Below the pieces are notes generated by a model that was not told where the DNA came from, made no database searches, and worked only from the letters and a program-made list of their open reading frames with translations. The translations under genes and the position numbers were made by a program. 64,000 nt of DNA, from positions 1,910 to 65,909 of the forward strand of contig CAZACP010000005.1 of NCBI GenBank assembly GCA_964483665.1, written 5' to 3'. The stretch's first letter is position 1. Each line of letters opens with the position of its first letter. The DNA is from an uncultured Candidatus Saccharibacteria bacterium (GTDB taxonomy: Bacteria; Patescibacteriota; Doudnabacteria; UBA920). Below, piece by piece: positions 47,759 through 57,752 of this stretch.

Positions 47759-48505
47759 TTATGGCCGGGAGCGGCGGAGAAGAGCGATGGCGGCGAGGCT
47801 GATGCCTATGAGCCCTAACGTGGTTGGTTCAGGGACGTCGGACTCGAAGTCGAATTTCGTGTTTGCATCACGGGTGTTAATCGTGAAGTTGTCCACGTTA
47901 CCTACAAACCCTGTCCAGCCACCGCCAGCTTTGAACTGTGTTACGCCGCCAGCACGGACACCGGCGTTGGGGAACGCAGTCAACACTTGGGCCCAGGTGC
48001 ACGGACTGCCAATGGAGCAAGCGGCGTTTCCGGGTGCGCCGGAAAACCACCAATTGGCGCCAGTGGCCATGGTATCCCAGGTTTGCCAAGTGTTGTCGGC
48101 AACGGCTTGGGTGTAATAGGCTTCGTATACCAGCCTTCCCATCCATGCGTTGTTGGTGTCCGTCAGATCGGTGTCTATATCGAATTGCAGCGACGGGGCG
48201 AGCGCCGGCCCGCCAGCTGAACGGTACGTGCTGTACGACAGCGTGGAAATGGCAGCAAGAGGCATGAGCTGGTACGCGAGTGTGCCGAGCAACATCCTGT
48301 CGCCGGCGGCGTCAACGCTGAGTTGCGCAGAGCCTGTGCCGAGCGGGGGAGTACCGGGTCCTTCCATTATTGTGCCGGATGCACCGGAACCACTCTCCAC
48401 GACAAATGCCCACCCGTTCATGTTGGACGGGTTTACCACGATGGTTGCGGCGCTGACTGTGAGGCCGAGCGCGAGAAACGCAATAAAGGCGGTTGCCTTC
48501 ATCAT
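47759..48505 (-). CDS. PEP-CTERM sorting domain-containing secreted protein
   Basis: Signal peptide; C-terminal VPEPTT + TM + RRSR; visibly GC-rich. Confidence 0.9.
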   Translation of the reverse strand: MMKATAFIAFLALGLTVSAATIVVNPSNMNGWAFVVESGSGASGTIMEGPGTPPLGTGSAQLSVDAAGDRMLLGTLAYQLMPLAAISTLSYSTYRSAGGPALAPSLQFDIDTDLTDTNNAWMGRLVYEAYYTQAVADNTWQTWDTMATGANWWFSGAPGNAACSIGSPCTWAQVLTAFPNAGVRAGGVTQFKAGGGWTGFVGNVDNFTINTRDANTKFDFESDVPEPTTLGLIGISLAAIALLRRSRP

Positions 48506-48781
48506 AATAATTCACTCCTGTTTGTGTAGTGACAAAAAAAGAGGGCTCTAGATTTCGCTAGGATCCTCCTTAATTGACATAAAAGTATATCTTTTATTAG
48601 GGTTTTTGTCAATTAAATGGTGAAGCCTGATTCCTGCGGCCTCTTTCATTTCGGTGACGGAGGCTGCTTTTTATATTCAAATTATTTATTTTAAAGGCTC
48701 ATCTCCGCCAGCCGGCGGATGAGCCTTTAAAAAATGTTTATAAACAAATTAAAAACCCCCTAAAGGGGGTTAAATTTTCTC

Positions 48782-48855
48782 TGGTGGACCTTGGGAGAAT
48801 CGAACTCCCGCATGCCGGATGCAAACCGGCCGCACTACCACTATGCTAAAGGCCC
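48782..48855 (-). tRNA. tRNA-Ala(TGC)
   Basis: G3:U70 acceptor, GCCGG-TTTGCAT-CCGGC anticodon arm, CCA. Confidence 0.95.
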
Positions 48856-48912
48856 TTTAAAAGATTTTGGATTGCTGATTTGAGATTTTAGATTTAAAAA
48901 CGGACAATTAGA

Positions 48913-49155
48913 TTAAACAGTAGAGCCCAAGCCCCCAACTCCGGTAGGGAGCATATTAAATAGCCATAAAACAGACAAAATACACATAAGTAAACCAAAC
49001 AGTTTCCACCAGGTATAAGTGCCGGCACCAACGCCGGTACCTAGGTATTTTTCCGCTAAATCTATTTTACCTGAGAATTGGTCGGTTATCTGAACGGAAT
49101 ATTTCATTATTAACACTCCGGCAACAAACAAAAAGGGAGCAAATATAAAGCGCAT
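48913..49155 (-). CDS. Small 2-TM membrane protein
   Basis: 80 aa ORF, AEKYLG.G..TY..WKL.G motif. Confidence 0.65.
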   Translation of the reverse strand: MRFIFAPFLFVAGVLIMKYSVQITDQFSGKIDLAEKYLGTGVGAGTYTWWKLFGLLMCILSVLWLFNMLPTGVGGLGSTV

Positions 49156-49310
49156 TTGGTTTTGTTTTAAGGTTTTATTATTGTCCTACTTCGCTCCGCT
49201 ACCGCGGGAGCTTCGAAGGACACTTCTTCGCGATGTATGTTTATCGGATAGCTCTATATTTAGAGGTTATCTACTATCCGTGCTCGCACTTCGCAGCCTT
49301 GGCGAAGAAG

Positions 49311-49640
49311 TGGTGGGCGTGCCAAGAATCGAACCCCAGTATTAGAAGCCAAAGGCTTCACTACGGGGCGCGCTTGGGACCTAGTCATTACGTGCCCTGT
49401 AGTAAATTTTATGGTGGGTGCGGGAAGGATCGAACTTCCGACCCCGTCATTATCAGTGACGTGCTCTACCACTGAGCTACGCACCCAGGTATAAAAATTT
49501 TACTTCAGGGTCAGTGACCCCGATACCAGAAACGCTTGTTGCGTTTTGGTACGGGGCACGGCTCGCTTCCTGTCTGCCAAAAGGCAGGAAACCATCTGCT
49601 TGTCCGCCATAGCTTTAGCGACGGCGGAAGCTACACGCCC
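49311..49640 (-). pseudogene. Outer tRNA-Ile(GAT) interrupted by five hairpin inserts, one containing an intact tRNA-Ile
   Basis: Joining the six remaining segments gives a 77-nt cloverleaf with perfect acceptor, anticodon and T stems. Confidence 0.85.
49412..49486 (-). tRNA. tRNA-Ile(GAT)
   Basis: GGGTGCG/CGCACCC acceptor, CGTCA-CTGATAA-TGACG anticodon arm, CCA. Confidence 0.95.
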
Positions 49641-49782
49641 TTTATACTATATAAATAGCTTTTTTCTACCCAATACAACATATTTTAACATAAAGACTCT
49701 TACTTTGACAACCATATAGGAATATAGTATGCTGAAATTAAGAAAATCAACGGTAGAAACAAAAATCTTTGAAAATTGTAAA

Positions 49783-50805
49783 ATGCTTTTCGATAAATTT
49801 TTTGCAAAAAAAACTTCGGTTTTAGGTGTGGATATAGGCACTTCGAATATTAAAATTGCCCAAATTTCTCACCAAGCATCCCCGGTTTTAGAAACTTACG
49901 GCATGGTAAATTCTCCGTACCAGTTTTCCGGCAAGCAAGACTCAGAAGCAGTAAAAAAAACTTCCGATATTCTTAAAAAATTAATAGATAAAGCCGGAGT
50001 TACGACCAACGCTTGCGTTATTAGTTTCCCAAATAGCTCGGTTTTTACCTCTGTTTTAGAACTGCCGCAAATGAATGAGGTGGAAATGAAGTCTGCGGTG
50101 GAATTTGAAGCAAAAAAATATGTCCCGCTAGCTCTTTCTGACATTGACCTGTCTTGGACTGTGCTTTCAGTAGACCCACTTTCAGGTAAAACGGTCAAAA
50201 TACTGCTAACTGCGGTGCCTAAACAAATTACCCAAAACTATTTGGCTATTTTGGAAAATTTAGGCTTAAAGGCCCAAGCCGGGGAAATTGAGGCTTTGGC
50301 TTTAATTCGCTCGTTAATAGGTGGGGATAATATAAATTGTGTTATAATAGATATAGGTGCAAAGTCTACCAGTTTGAATATTGTTGAAAATGGATTTTTA
50401 AGACTCAGTCGAAATTTAAATATCGGTGGAGATACAATTACCCAAAAAATCGCGGAAAGTTTAAGGCTCTCTTTTCCGCGGGCAGAACAATTTAAGAAAG
50501 ATTTTGGGGTAAGCGGCTCGACTTTTATTCCAGAAACTATAAAACCCGTATTGAATATTGTAAAAAATGAGGTTAAACAGCTGTTGATGATATACCAGTC
50601 GCAGAATGTAAAAGTAGACAAGCTGGTGTTGGTGGGGGGCGGAGCTATGCTTCCCGGGATCAGCGACTACTTTTCTGACTTAAAGGTGGGCGTTGAATTA
50701 GGAAACCCTCTAAAATTAGTGGCTTATTCTAAAGAGCTGGAGCCACTAATAAAAAGATATACATTAAATTTAGCAGTGGCTATAGGGTTAGGTTTAAGGA
50801 AATAA
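49783..50805 (+). CDS. pilM: Type IV pilus assembly protein PilM
   Basis: GVDIGTSNIK, IDIGA, LVGGG actin-like motifs; first gene of pil cluster. Confidence 0.92.
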   Translation: MLFDKFFAKKTSVLGVDIGTSNIKIAQISHQASPVLETYGMVNSPYQFSGKQDSEAVKKTSDILKKLIDKAGVTTNACVISFPNSSVFTSVLELPQMNEVEMKSAVEFEAKKYVPLALSDIDLSWTVLSVDPLSGKTVKILLTAVPKQITQNYLAILENLGLKAQAGEIEALALIRSLIGGDNINCVIIDIGAKSTSLNIVENGFLRLSRNLNIGGDTITQKIAESLRLSFPRAEQFKKDFGVSGSTFIPETIKPVLNIVKNEVKQLLMIYQSQNVKVDKLVLVGGGAMLPGISDYFSDLKVGVELGNPLKLVAYSKELEPLIKRYTLNLAVAIGLGLRK

Positions 50806-50879
50806 AAATTTTTTAAACTGTAATATAAAAATAAATAATTTTACTTACTTAGATTTTAGCTAAGGCTACTAAAATAAAT

Positions 50880-51443
50880 ATGGCGGAAATAAATTTATTA
50901 AAAACCCCTGGGTCTGAGCGAAATATTTTTCAAGACTTGTCTAGTTGGCTGGTAAAAATTTTAGTTGTGTTGGCTTTGGCTGTAATCGGCTATTACGGGT
51001 ATGTTTTTTTCAAGGTTAAGGCTACTACTAAAGAAATTGGGGAAATTCAGCAAGATATTGAAAAAAACAAAGTTGAAGCTTTGTCCCTGCCGGGCAGAGA
51101 CGAATTTTTGTTAAGACAGTCTCAGTTAAAAGACTTTGCGGCCTTAACAGGGGCGCACATTTATTATTCGAAACTTATTCCGGCGTTGGCAAAGGTCACA
51201 TATAAATTAGCTAACTATAGCGGTATAAACGTAACCACACAAGGAAAAATTACAATGCAGGCTACTGTGCCTAGTTTGGCTGATTTAGACAAATTTTTAC
51301 AGGTTTTTGATGATTCTGAAGTTAGTAAAAATTTTTACAATGTACGCGTGGGTGGTTTTAGTCAAATTGAGGTTTCCGACGGGAAAGCTTATATTTTTAC
51401 AGTCCAAATGGATTATAATCCCGCAATTTTAGCAGCTAACTAA
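50880..51443 (+). CDS. pilN: Type IV pilus assembly protein PilN-like
   Basis: INLL N-terminal motif, TM, coiled coil. Confidence 0.75.
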   Translation: MAEINLLKTPGSERNIFQDLSSWLVKILVVLALAVIGYYGYVFFKVKATTKEIGEIQQDIEKNKVEALSLPGRDEFLLRQSQLKDFAALTGAHIYYSKLIPALAKVTYKLANYSGINVTTQGKITMQATVPSLADLDKFLQVFDDSEVSKNFYNVRVGGFSQIEVSDGKAYIFTVQMDYNPAILAAN

Positions 51444-51449
51444 ATTTTT

Positions 51450-52070
51450 ATGAACGAACTTCCAAAAACTTTTGCTAAAATTCAACTGCCCCCGATTAAT
51501 AAGCAAAACCAGGTAAGTATGATAGAAATGTTTTTATTGGTAGTTATTATTACACTTTTTTATTTTTTTGTTATTTCCCCTAAAAAGGCAGAGCTTGTTA
51601 GTTTAAATACAAAAGCCGAAGCTTTAAGAGCAGAACAAGGCAAAATACAAACTCAAAAAAAGGATTTAGAGAATTTTATTAGCAATATGAAGGCAAGTCC
51701 GGATTTAATAACTAAATTAGACGAAGCTCTTCCACTAAATGGGAAAGTTATGACACTCCATTTAATAATGGATAAGCTGGTAAGCGAGGCGGGTGTTAGT
51801 GCTGACAGTATTTCGTTTAGCGGAAGTTCAGAATCACCCCTTGCTGGCAATAGAGATTTAATTTTAAATCCGTATGGTACTAAACGGTCTCTAAAAAAAA
51901 TATTGGGTAGCCTTAGTGTTAAAGGTACATTTGAACAAATACAAATTTTTTTAAAAAAACTCGAGGAGAGTGGCAGACTTTTTGACTTAAGTGATATGCA
52001 AATGAATATAGATGCAATGGGATTAGTCCATTTAAATTCCACTTTATCAACTTATTACTTTGCGCCTTAA
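51450..52070 (+). CDS. pilO: Type IV pilus assembly protein PilO-like
   Basis: TM, coiled coil, G.F.....FL..LE...R. Confidence 0.75.
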   Translation: MNELPKTFAKIQLPPINKQNQVSMIEMFLLVVIITLFYFFVISPKKAELVSLNTKAEALRAEQGKIQTQKKDLENFISNMKASPDLITKLDEALPLNGKVMTLHLIMDKLVSEAGVSADSISFSGSSESPLAGNRDLILNPYGTKRSLKKILGSLSVKGTFEQIQIFLKKLEESGRLFDLSDMQMNIDAMGLVHLNSTLSTYYFAP

Positions 52071-52087
52071 GAATTAAGACTAAACGG

Positions 52088-52414
52088 ATGAACAAAAAAA
52101 ATTTGGTTCAGATAGTTATAATATTTGCTTGTTTTTCGGCGAGCGGTGTTGTTATTTATAATAATTTTCTTAAAAAAGCCGATCTACCTTCTGAACTAAC
52201 AGGACAAGTAATTAAACCTGGAGTACAGCCGGACGCACCTATTTTGCCAGGAGGAGCCTCTTTTGATTTAGATGTAATTTCTAAGGCTAAATTTAGATTT
52301 AATTTATTAGATTACCCTAAACTTAAGCCTGAAAGCGAAGTTGGCGTAGAAGAGCAAAATGTTTTAAAGCCTTTGGTTCAATCTCAATCAGGAACTAACA
52401 CAACAAAAAATTAA
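52088..52414 (+). CDS. Hypothetical membrane-anchored pilus-cluster protein
   Basis: N-terminal TM; PilP position in the cluster. Confidence 0.55.
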   Translation: MNKKNLVQIVIIFACFSASGVVIYNNFLKKADLPSELTGQVIKPGVQPDAPILPGGASFDLDVISKAKFRFNLLDYPKLKPESEVGVEEQNVLKPLVQSQSGTNTTKN

Positions 52415-52417
52415 GTT

Positions 52418-54172
52418 ATGGCTACAACTAATAGAACCGCAGTAGATGATGGCCAGACTTTTGCTAAATTTTTAGCTCAGAATGGTTTTGTGCCAGAGCA
52501 AGTTGTGCAGCAGCTAGAAACAGTCAGGCAAAAAACCGGCCAAGATTTAACACAGCTACTAATTGCCAGGAATATTTTGCAGGAAGAGGACGCCACTAAA
52601 GCAAAAGCGGCTTTTTTCAACATTCCTTATGTCGATTTAAGACAGTTGCAAATTCCTCCCCAAGTAACGACCTTAATACCCCAAGAATCAATTAATTTTT
52701 ATAATTTTGTTCCATTTGAATTAAAAGGAAATTTACTTAAGGTTGCAATTACTGACCCTGGAAATTTGTCCGCTTTACAGGCATTGGAATTTTTAGGTCA
52801 AAAACAAAATTTGCAAGTACAACTCTATTTGGCCTCTGAAACTTCGGTGGGTATTGTCAGTGGAAAAAGGCAAAATTTAAAAAAAGTGGTTGGGCAGGCT
52901 TTAAAAGACATACAAACAAAGGAAGATGTTGAACAAAAGCCCATTTTGGAGCAAAAAGAAGCCAAGCCCCAAGTAATTGAAGACGCCCCTATAATCAAAA
53001 TTGTTGAGGTTATCCTTAGCAACGCTATTGAGGCGAATGCTTCAGATATCCACGTTGAGCCTTCAGAAAAGGATGTGAGAGTTCGCTATAGAATAGACGG
53101 TATTTTACATACCTCGTTGGTGTTACCCAGAAATGTGCTTTCTGCTATTGTTACCCGCGTAAAAATCTTGTCGAATTTAAAAATAGACGAATCGCGTCTT
53201 CCGCAAGACGGCAGATTTCATATGGAGGTAGGAAAAAAATCGGTTGATTTGCGTGTTTCGATTTTGCCCTTAATATATGGCGAAAAGATAGTGATGCGTA
53301 TTTTGGACAAGACCGGGTCGGTGCCAACACTTGAACAGCTTGGGCTTAGGGGGATTGCGCTCAAATGGGTGCAGGAAAATATAAAAAAGACCCATGGAAT
53401 TTTTCTTATTACCGGACCTACGGGTAGCGGTAAATCAACAACTTTATATGCAATTTTGTCTATTTTAAATACCCCCAGTGTCAACATTATTACTTTGGAG
53501 GATCCGGTTGAATACTTTATGGAAGGGGTAAACCAGAGCCAGGTTAATTCGGAAATTGGTTTAACTTTTGCGGCTGGACTCCGTTCTATTTTGCGTCAAG
53601 ACCCTAATATCGTTATGGTTGGTGAAATTCGAGACAAGGAAACCGCGGAAATCGCCGTTCATGCAGCCTTAACGGGGCACTTACTTTTTTCGACCCTTCA
53701 CACTAATAATGCAATTGGCGCTATGCCGAGAATGATAGATATGGGCATAGAACCGTTTTTGCTAACCGCTTCTGTCAATGTAGTTATGGCTCAGCGTTTA
53801 GTTAGAAAGATTTGCCCGCACTGCAAGAAAGAAGCAGAAATCCAACCCGCGTTTTTAGAGGAAATTAAAAAAGATTTATTAACTGTGCCTAAGGAGTATT
53901 TAGAAGGATTAGATCAAAGTAATTTAAAGGTATATAAAGGAGCCGGCTGCGAGAAATGCGGCCATACCGGTTATACAAGCCGGTTTGGAATTTTTGAAGT
54001 TTTGGCGGTTACCAATGAAATTCAGGACATGGTTCTTTCGAAAGCCTCTACTCATAAAATTTACGAAGCAGGGGCAAAAATGGGCATGATAACAATGAAA
54101 CAAGATGGGTATTTAAAAGCATTACGAGGAGAAACCACAATAGATGAAATAATTAGGGTGACGACGGAATAA
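52418..54172 (+). CDS. pilB: Type IV pilus assembly ATPase PilB/GspE
   Basis: ASDIH, PQDG, GPTGSGKS, EDPVE, LRQDP, tetra-Cys motif. Confidence 0.95.
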   Translation: MATTNRTAVDDGQTFAKFLAQNGFVPEQVVQQLETVRQKTGQDLTQLLIARNILQEEDATKAKAAFFNIPYVDLRQLQIPPQVTTLIPQESINFYNFVPFELKGNLLKVAITDPGNLSALQALEFLGQKQNLQVQLYLASETSVGIVSGKRQNLKKVVGQALKDIQTKEDVEQKPILEQKEAKPQVIEDAPIIKIVEVILSNAIEANASDIHVEPSEKDVRVRYRIDGILHTSLVLPRNVLSAIVTRVKILSNLKIDESRLPQDGRFHMEVGKKSVDLRVSILPLIYGEKIVMRILDKTGSVPTLEQLGLRGIALKWVQENIKKTHGIFLITGPTGSGKSTTLYAILSILNTPSVNIITLEDPVEYFMEGVNQSQVNSEIGLTFAAGLRSILRQDPNIVMVGEIRDKETAEIAVHAALTGHLLFSTLHTNNAIGAMPRMIDMGIEPFLLTASVNVVMAQRLVRKICPHCKKEAEIQPAFLEEIKKDLLTVPKEYLEGLDQSNLKVYKGAGCEKCGHTGYTSRFGIFEVLAVTNEIQDMVLSKASTHKIYEAGAKMGMITMKQDGYLKALRGETTIDEIIRVTTE

Positions 54173-54255
54173 AATAAATGACAAAAATTAAAAAAATGAT
54201 AAAAATTAAGTGCAGAAATACAGGAATATTTTTGCCATTTATGTTCATTTAAATT

Positions 54256-54678
54256 ATGGCTTATTTTGAAAAACAAAAATTTAATATTTTAGAGTTAGTT
54301 TTAAGAAAAGATTCGCCAAGGAAAATTTTGTTGGTAGAACCCGAGTATTATTTGCGGGTACTGTTAAAAAATTTATTGGAAAAAGAAAATTTTTTGGTTG
54401 CCAGCGCAGAAAAGATATCCGAAAGCAAGTTAATTTTAGAATTTTTTGAGCCAGATATTGCTGTTATCAGCCCGCATTCTGAAAAAGATCTGCAAGTTTT
54501 TTTATTAGGGCTTTCTGATTTAAGAAAGCAGTACCAAACTTTACGTATCTTAACTGTAGGGCACCGTTTACCGGTTGAAGCAATGAAGAAAATTATGGAT
54601 TTAGGAGTGTCTTCTCATTTGGAAAGAGCCTTAACAAGACCGCATGATATTGCTGCGGTAATAAAAACTTTATTTTAG
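54256..54678 (+). CDS. Atypical response-regulator receiver-like protein
   Basis: KILLVE...PDIAVIS receiver-like pattern. Confidence 0.55.
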   Translation: MAYFEKQKFNILELVLRKDSPRKILLVEPEYYLRVLLKNLLEKENFLVASAEKISESKLILEFFEPDIAVISPHSEKDLQVFLLGLSDLRKQYQTLRILTVGHRLPVEAMKKIMDLGVSSHLERALTRPHDIAAVIKTLF

Positions 54679-54719
54679 AAAATGAAGTCATGGTGAATTT
54701 TAAAAATTAATAAATTCAT

Positions 54720-55790
54720 ATGTATAAAGTTAGCGAACTTGAGTTAAATAAGCTTTTGTCTTTGCTATTAGAGCGCGATGCCTCGGATTTGCATTTAATG
54801 GTAGGCGAACCGCCTATTATTCGTGTTGATACCCAGTTAATCCGCTTAGACACTTACCAGGCATTGAGTTCAGATAGTATAAAAGATTTATTAAATGTTT
54901 TACTCAAGCCGCAACAAAAAAAGATTTTTGAAGACAGGCTTCAAGTAGATTTTTCATACGCCTTTAAAGAAAATATAAGATTCCGTGTTAATGCGTATTT
55001 ACACAAGGGAATGCCGGCTATTGCGATGCGCGTAATTCCTACTCATATTAAAACTTTGGAAGAGTTAAATTTGCCCGGTATTTTAAAAAAATTCACCGAC
55101 AGGAAACAGGGTCTGGTATTGATGGTGGGTCCTACAGGACATGGAAAATCTACTGCCCTGGCCTCTTTAATAAATGAAATAAATAATACAAGATCTGAAC
55201 ATATTTTAACTATTGAAGATCCGGTGGAATTTATGTTTACTGCAAATAAATCTATTATTAGCCAAAGGGAAGTGCTTTTGGATACACCGGATTTTGCCAG
55301 TGCCTTAAGGTCAGCATTGCGCGAAGACATTAATGTTGTATTGGTTGGTGAAATGCGGGACTTAGAATCAATTTCTAGCGCTTTGACAATCGCTGAAACA
55401 GGCCACCTGGTTTTTGCCACCTTGCATACCAATGATGCAGCTCAAAGCATTGACCGTATAGTAGACGTTTTTCCGCCCGGCCAGCAAGGTCAAATAAGAA
55501 GTCAATTAGCCAGCGTTTTGGTGGGTGTGGTTAGTTTGCGCCTTTTGCCGAAAGTGGGGGGCGGGCGAGTACCGGCTTACGAAATTTTAGTCACTAATCA
55601 CGCAGTTAGGAATGTTATCCGCGATAATAAAGTTTATGAAATTCCTAATATTATTCACACTTCCATGGAAGAGGGTATGATACCTTTAGACAAAACCTTA
55701 GCTTTGCTTGTTAAGCAGGGTGTTGTTGAGCTTGAGACTGCGCAGAATTTTGTTTTAGACAATGAGTATTTTTTGTCATTAATATCTTGA
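54720..55790 (+). CDS. pilT: Type IV pilus retraction ATPase PilT
   Basis: ASDLH, GPTGHGKS, ALRED, AETGH, AVRNVIR. Confidence 0.95.
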   Translation: MYKVSELELNKLLSLLLERDASDLHLMVGEPPIIRVDTQLIRLDTYQALSSDSIKDLLNVLLKPQQKKIFEDRLQVDFSYAFKENIRFRVNAYLHKGMPAIAMRVIPTHIKTLEELNLPGILKKFTDRKQGLVLMVGPTGHGKSTALASLINEINNTRSEHILTIEDPVEFMFTANKSIISQREVLLDTPDFASALRSALREDINVVLVGEMRDLESISSALTIAETGHLVFATLHTNDAAQSIDRIVDVFPPGQQGQIRSQLASVLVGVVSLRLLPKVGGGRVPAYEILVTNHAVRNVIRDNKVYEIPNIIHTSMEEGMIPLDKTLALLVKQGVVELETAQNFVLDNEYFLSLIS

Positions 55791-55868
55791 AGGCTACGAA
55801 AGTGCTAAAATTACGAAAATACTAAAATCATTTTTCGTACTTTAGTGCCTTTCGTACTTTAGTAGCCT

Positions 55869-57074
55869 ATGAAATTTCAATACAAAGCCAGAAGCAAAGA
55901 TGGTCCAATAAAATCAGGATTGGTTGTCGCCGCAGACCAAGAAAGAGCCGAGCAGCTTTTGAGCGAGAACGGTTTAATTATTATTTCTTTAGAACAAGAA
56001 AAGGAAAGTCTTTTTGCGCGCATAAATCCGTTTGGTAAATCAGTAAGTAATAAAGATATAGTCTTATTTTCCAGGCAATTGGCAACTTTGGTTTCCGCAA
56101 GAGTTCCGATCTTACAGGCCTTAAGAATTCTTGAAGAGCAAATTTCTAATCAATATTTAATTACAATCGTTCAGGATTTGATCAAATCCGTAGAAAATGG
56201 AGAGTCGTTGTCGCTTGCTATGAATAAGCATGAAAAAGTTTTTAGCAGCGTTTATGTGAGTTTAGTTAAGTCTGGCGAGGTTTCGGGCAGTTTAGACAAG
56301 TCCTTAAGCTATTTGGCTGATCAGCAGGAAAAAGATTATGAGCTTAGGGCTAAGGTTAAAAGCGCCATGACTTACCCTGGGTTTGTGTTGGGAGCTTTAG
56401 GTGTTGTGGGTGTTTTAATGTTTAAATTTGTATTGCCCAAATTAACCTCTGTTTTAGAAGAACAAGGCGGCGAGTTACCGGTAATTTCTAAAGGTCTTAT
56501 TGCTTTTACCCATTTTTTTGACAAATTCTGGTGGATGGTAATTTTACTGTTTGCTTGTTTAGTGGTTGCCGTGCGTTTTTATGTTTCAACTGAAAAAGGC
56601 CGCTATAACTGGGATAGTCTAAAAATTAGGCTGCCTATTGTTGGAGATATTTTTAAAAAAATCTATCTAGCTAGATTTGCAAGAAATCTTTCTACTTTAG
56701 TTATTGGAGGCATACCTATTATTAAGGCTTTGCAAATTGTGGCGGATGTTATAAACAACGTAGTTTATAGGGAAATTGTTTTGGAGTCTGTAACAAAAAT
56801 TTCAGCTGGCAAAAGCATAAGCGAAGGGCTTTCGGGGCACCCGGAGTTTCCGAATATTGTTACCCAGATGGTTAAGGTTGGGGAGCAGACAGCTCAATTG
56901 GACGAAATTATGAATAAGTTAGCATTATTTTACGAAAAGGAAGTGGATACGAAAGTTGCAACGTTATCCACTTTGCTGGAGCCAATTATTATGATAATTT
57001 TAGGCCTAGGAGTAGGCTTGTTGGTAGCCGGTGTATTGATGCCGATTTATAATTTAGCCAGTACTATCCAATAG
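55869..57074 (+). CDS. pilC: Type IV pilus platform protein PilC/GspF
   Basis: FSRQLATL, GE.SG.L, YP, LEP motifs. Confidence 0.95.
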   Translation: MKFQYKARSKDGPIKSGLVVAADQERAEQLLSENGLIIISLEQEKESLFARINPFGKSVSNKDIVLFSRQLATLVSARVPILQALRILEEQISNQYLITIVQDLIKSVENGESLSLAMNKHEKVFSSVYVSLVKSGEVSGSLDKSLSYLADQQEKDYELRAKVKSAMTYPGFVLGALGVVGVLMFKFVLPKLTSVLEEQGGELPVISKGLIAFTHFFDKFWWMVILLFACLVVAVRFYVSTEKGRYNWDSLKIRLPIVGDIFKKIYLARFARNLSTLVIGGIPIIKALQIVADVINNVVYREIVLESVTKISAGKSISEGLSGHPEFPNIVTQMVKVGEQTAQLDEIMNKLALFYEKEVDTKVATLSTLLEPIIMIILGLGVGLLVAGVLMPIYNLASTIQ

Positions 57075-57199
57075 GCAAACTTGGCTTAGTCCACTCGCTG
57101 TTGATAAGTATTTTGCTAAATTATTGATTTTTTGCTTTAATAATATTAATAAGTTGAATTGCCAGAAGGTAACTTTTTGCAATCTCATCCACATTAAGA

Positions 57200-57664
57200 T
57201 TGGGGGTGAAAACTTTGAGAAACAAAAACGAAAAAGGTTTTACTTTAATTGAATTATTGGTGGTTATTGCGATTATCGGTCTTTTAGCGTCCGTGGTCTT
57301 GTTGGCCTTAAATTCGGCTCGAGCCAAATCCAGAGACGCCAAGAGATTAGCGGACGTTAGACAGATGGCATCTGCCCTTGAATTATATTTCAATGATGTC
57401 AGCTCTTATCCGACTTCGAACGGCGCAACTGTTACCTTAATAACAGGTCAGCCAACTCTAACCCCTACTTATTTAGGATTAATACCAACAGCTCCTTCAC
57501 CAGCAGATGGTAGCTGTGATGCAACCTCTAATGGATATCGTTATTTAGCAGGTGTGGCCAGTCAAAACATAACTGGAACCTATAGTCTAGGCTTTTGTCT
57601 TGGTGCGGCAACCGGCGGTTACTCGGCAGGACAACACACTTTAACTCCTGCTGGTATACAATAG
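57200..57664 (+). CDS. Type IV pilin (probable major pilin)
   Basis: KGFTLIELLVVIAIIG; ARAKSRDAKR; followed by a strong terminator. Confidence 0.9.
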   Translation: MGVKTLRNKNEKGFTLIELLVVIAIIGLLASVVLLALNSARAKSRDAKRLADVRQMASALELYFNDVSSYPTSNGATVTLITGQPTLTPTYLGLIPTAPSPADGSCDATSNGYRYLAGVASQNITGTYSLGFCLGAATGGYSAGQHTLTPAGIQ

Positions 57665-57676
57665 TTCGATATTTAC

Positions 57677-57712
57677 AAAAGGATGCTTTTCTTTAGAAAA
57701 GCATCCTTTTTT
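57677..57712 (+). terminator. Intrinsic terminator
   Basis: AAAAGGATGCTTTTCT..AGAAAAGCATCCTTTTTT. Confidence 0.8.
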
Positions 57713-57752
57713 GCTATAATATAGACAATATTAGGAAGCTTTTTTAAAAATA

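Noticed and set aside
47690-48790. Integrative island at tRNA-Ala carrying the PEP-CTERM gene
   Set aside because: No integrase and no duplicated tRNA-Ala 3' end found by eye.
49311-49640. Group I or bulge-helix-bulge tRNA introns
   Set aside because: Inserts are too short for group I cores, occur in both orientations and show no evident BHB motif; DNA-level insertion fits better.
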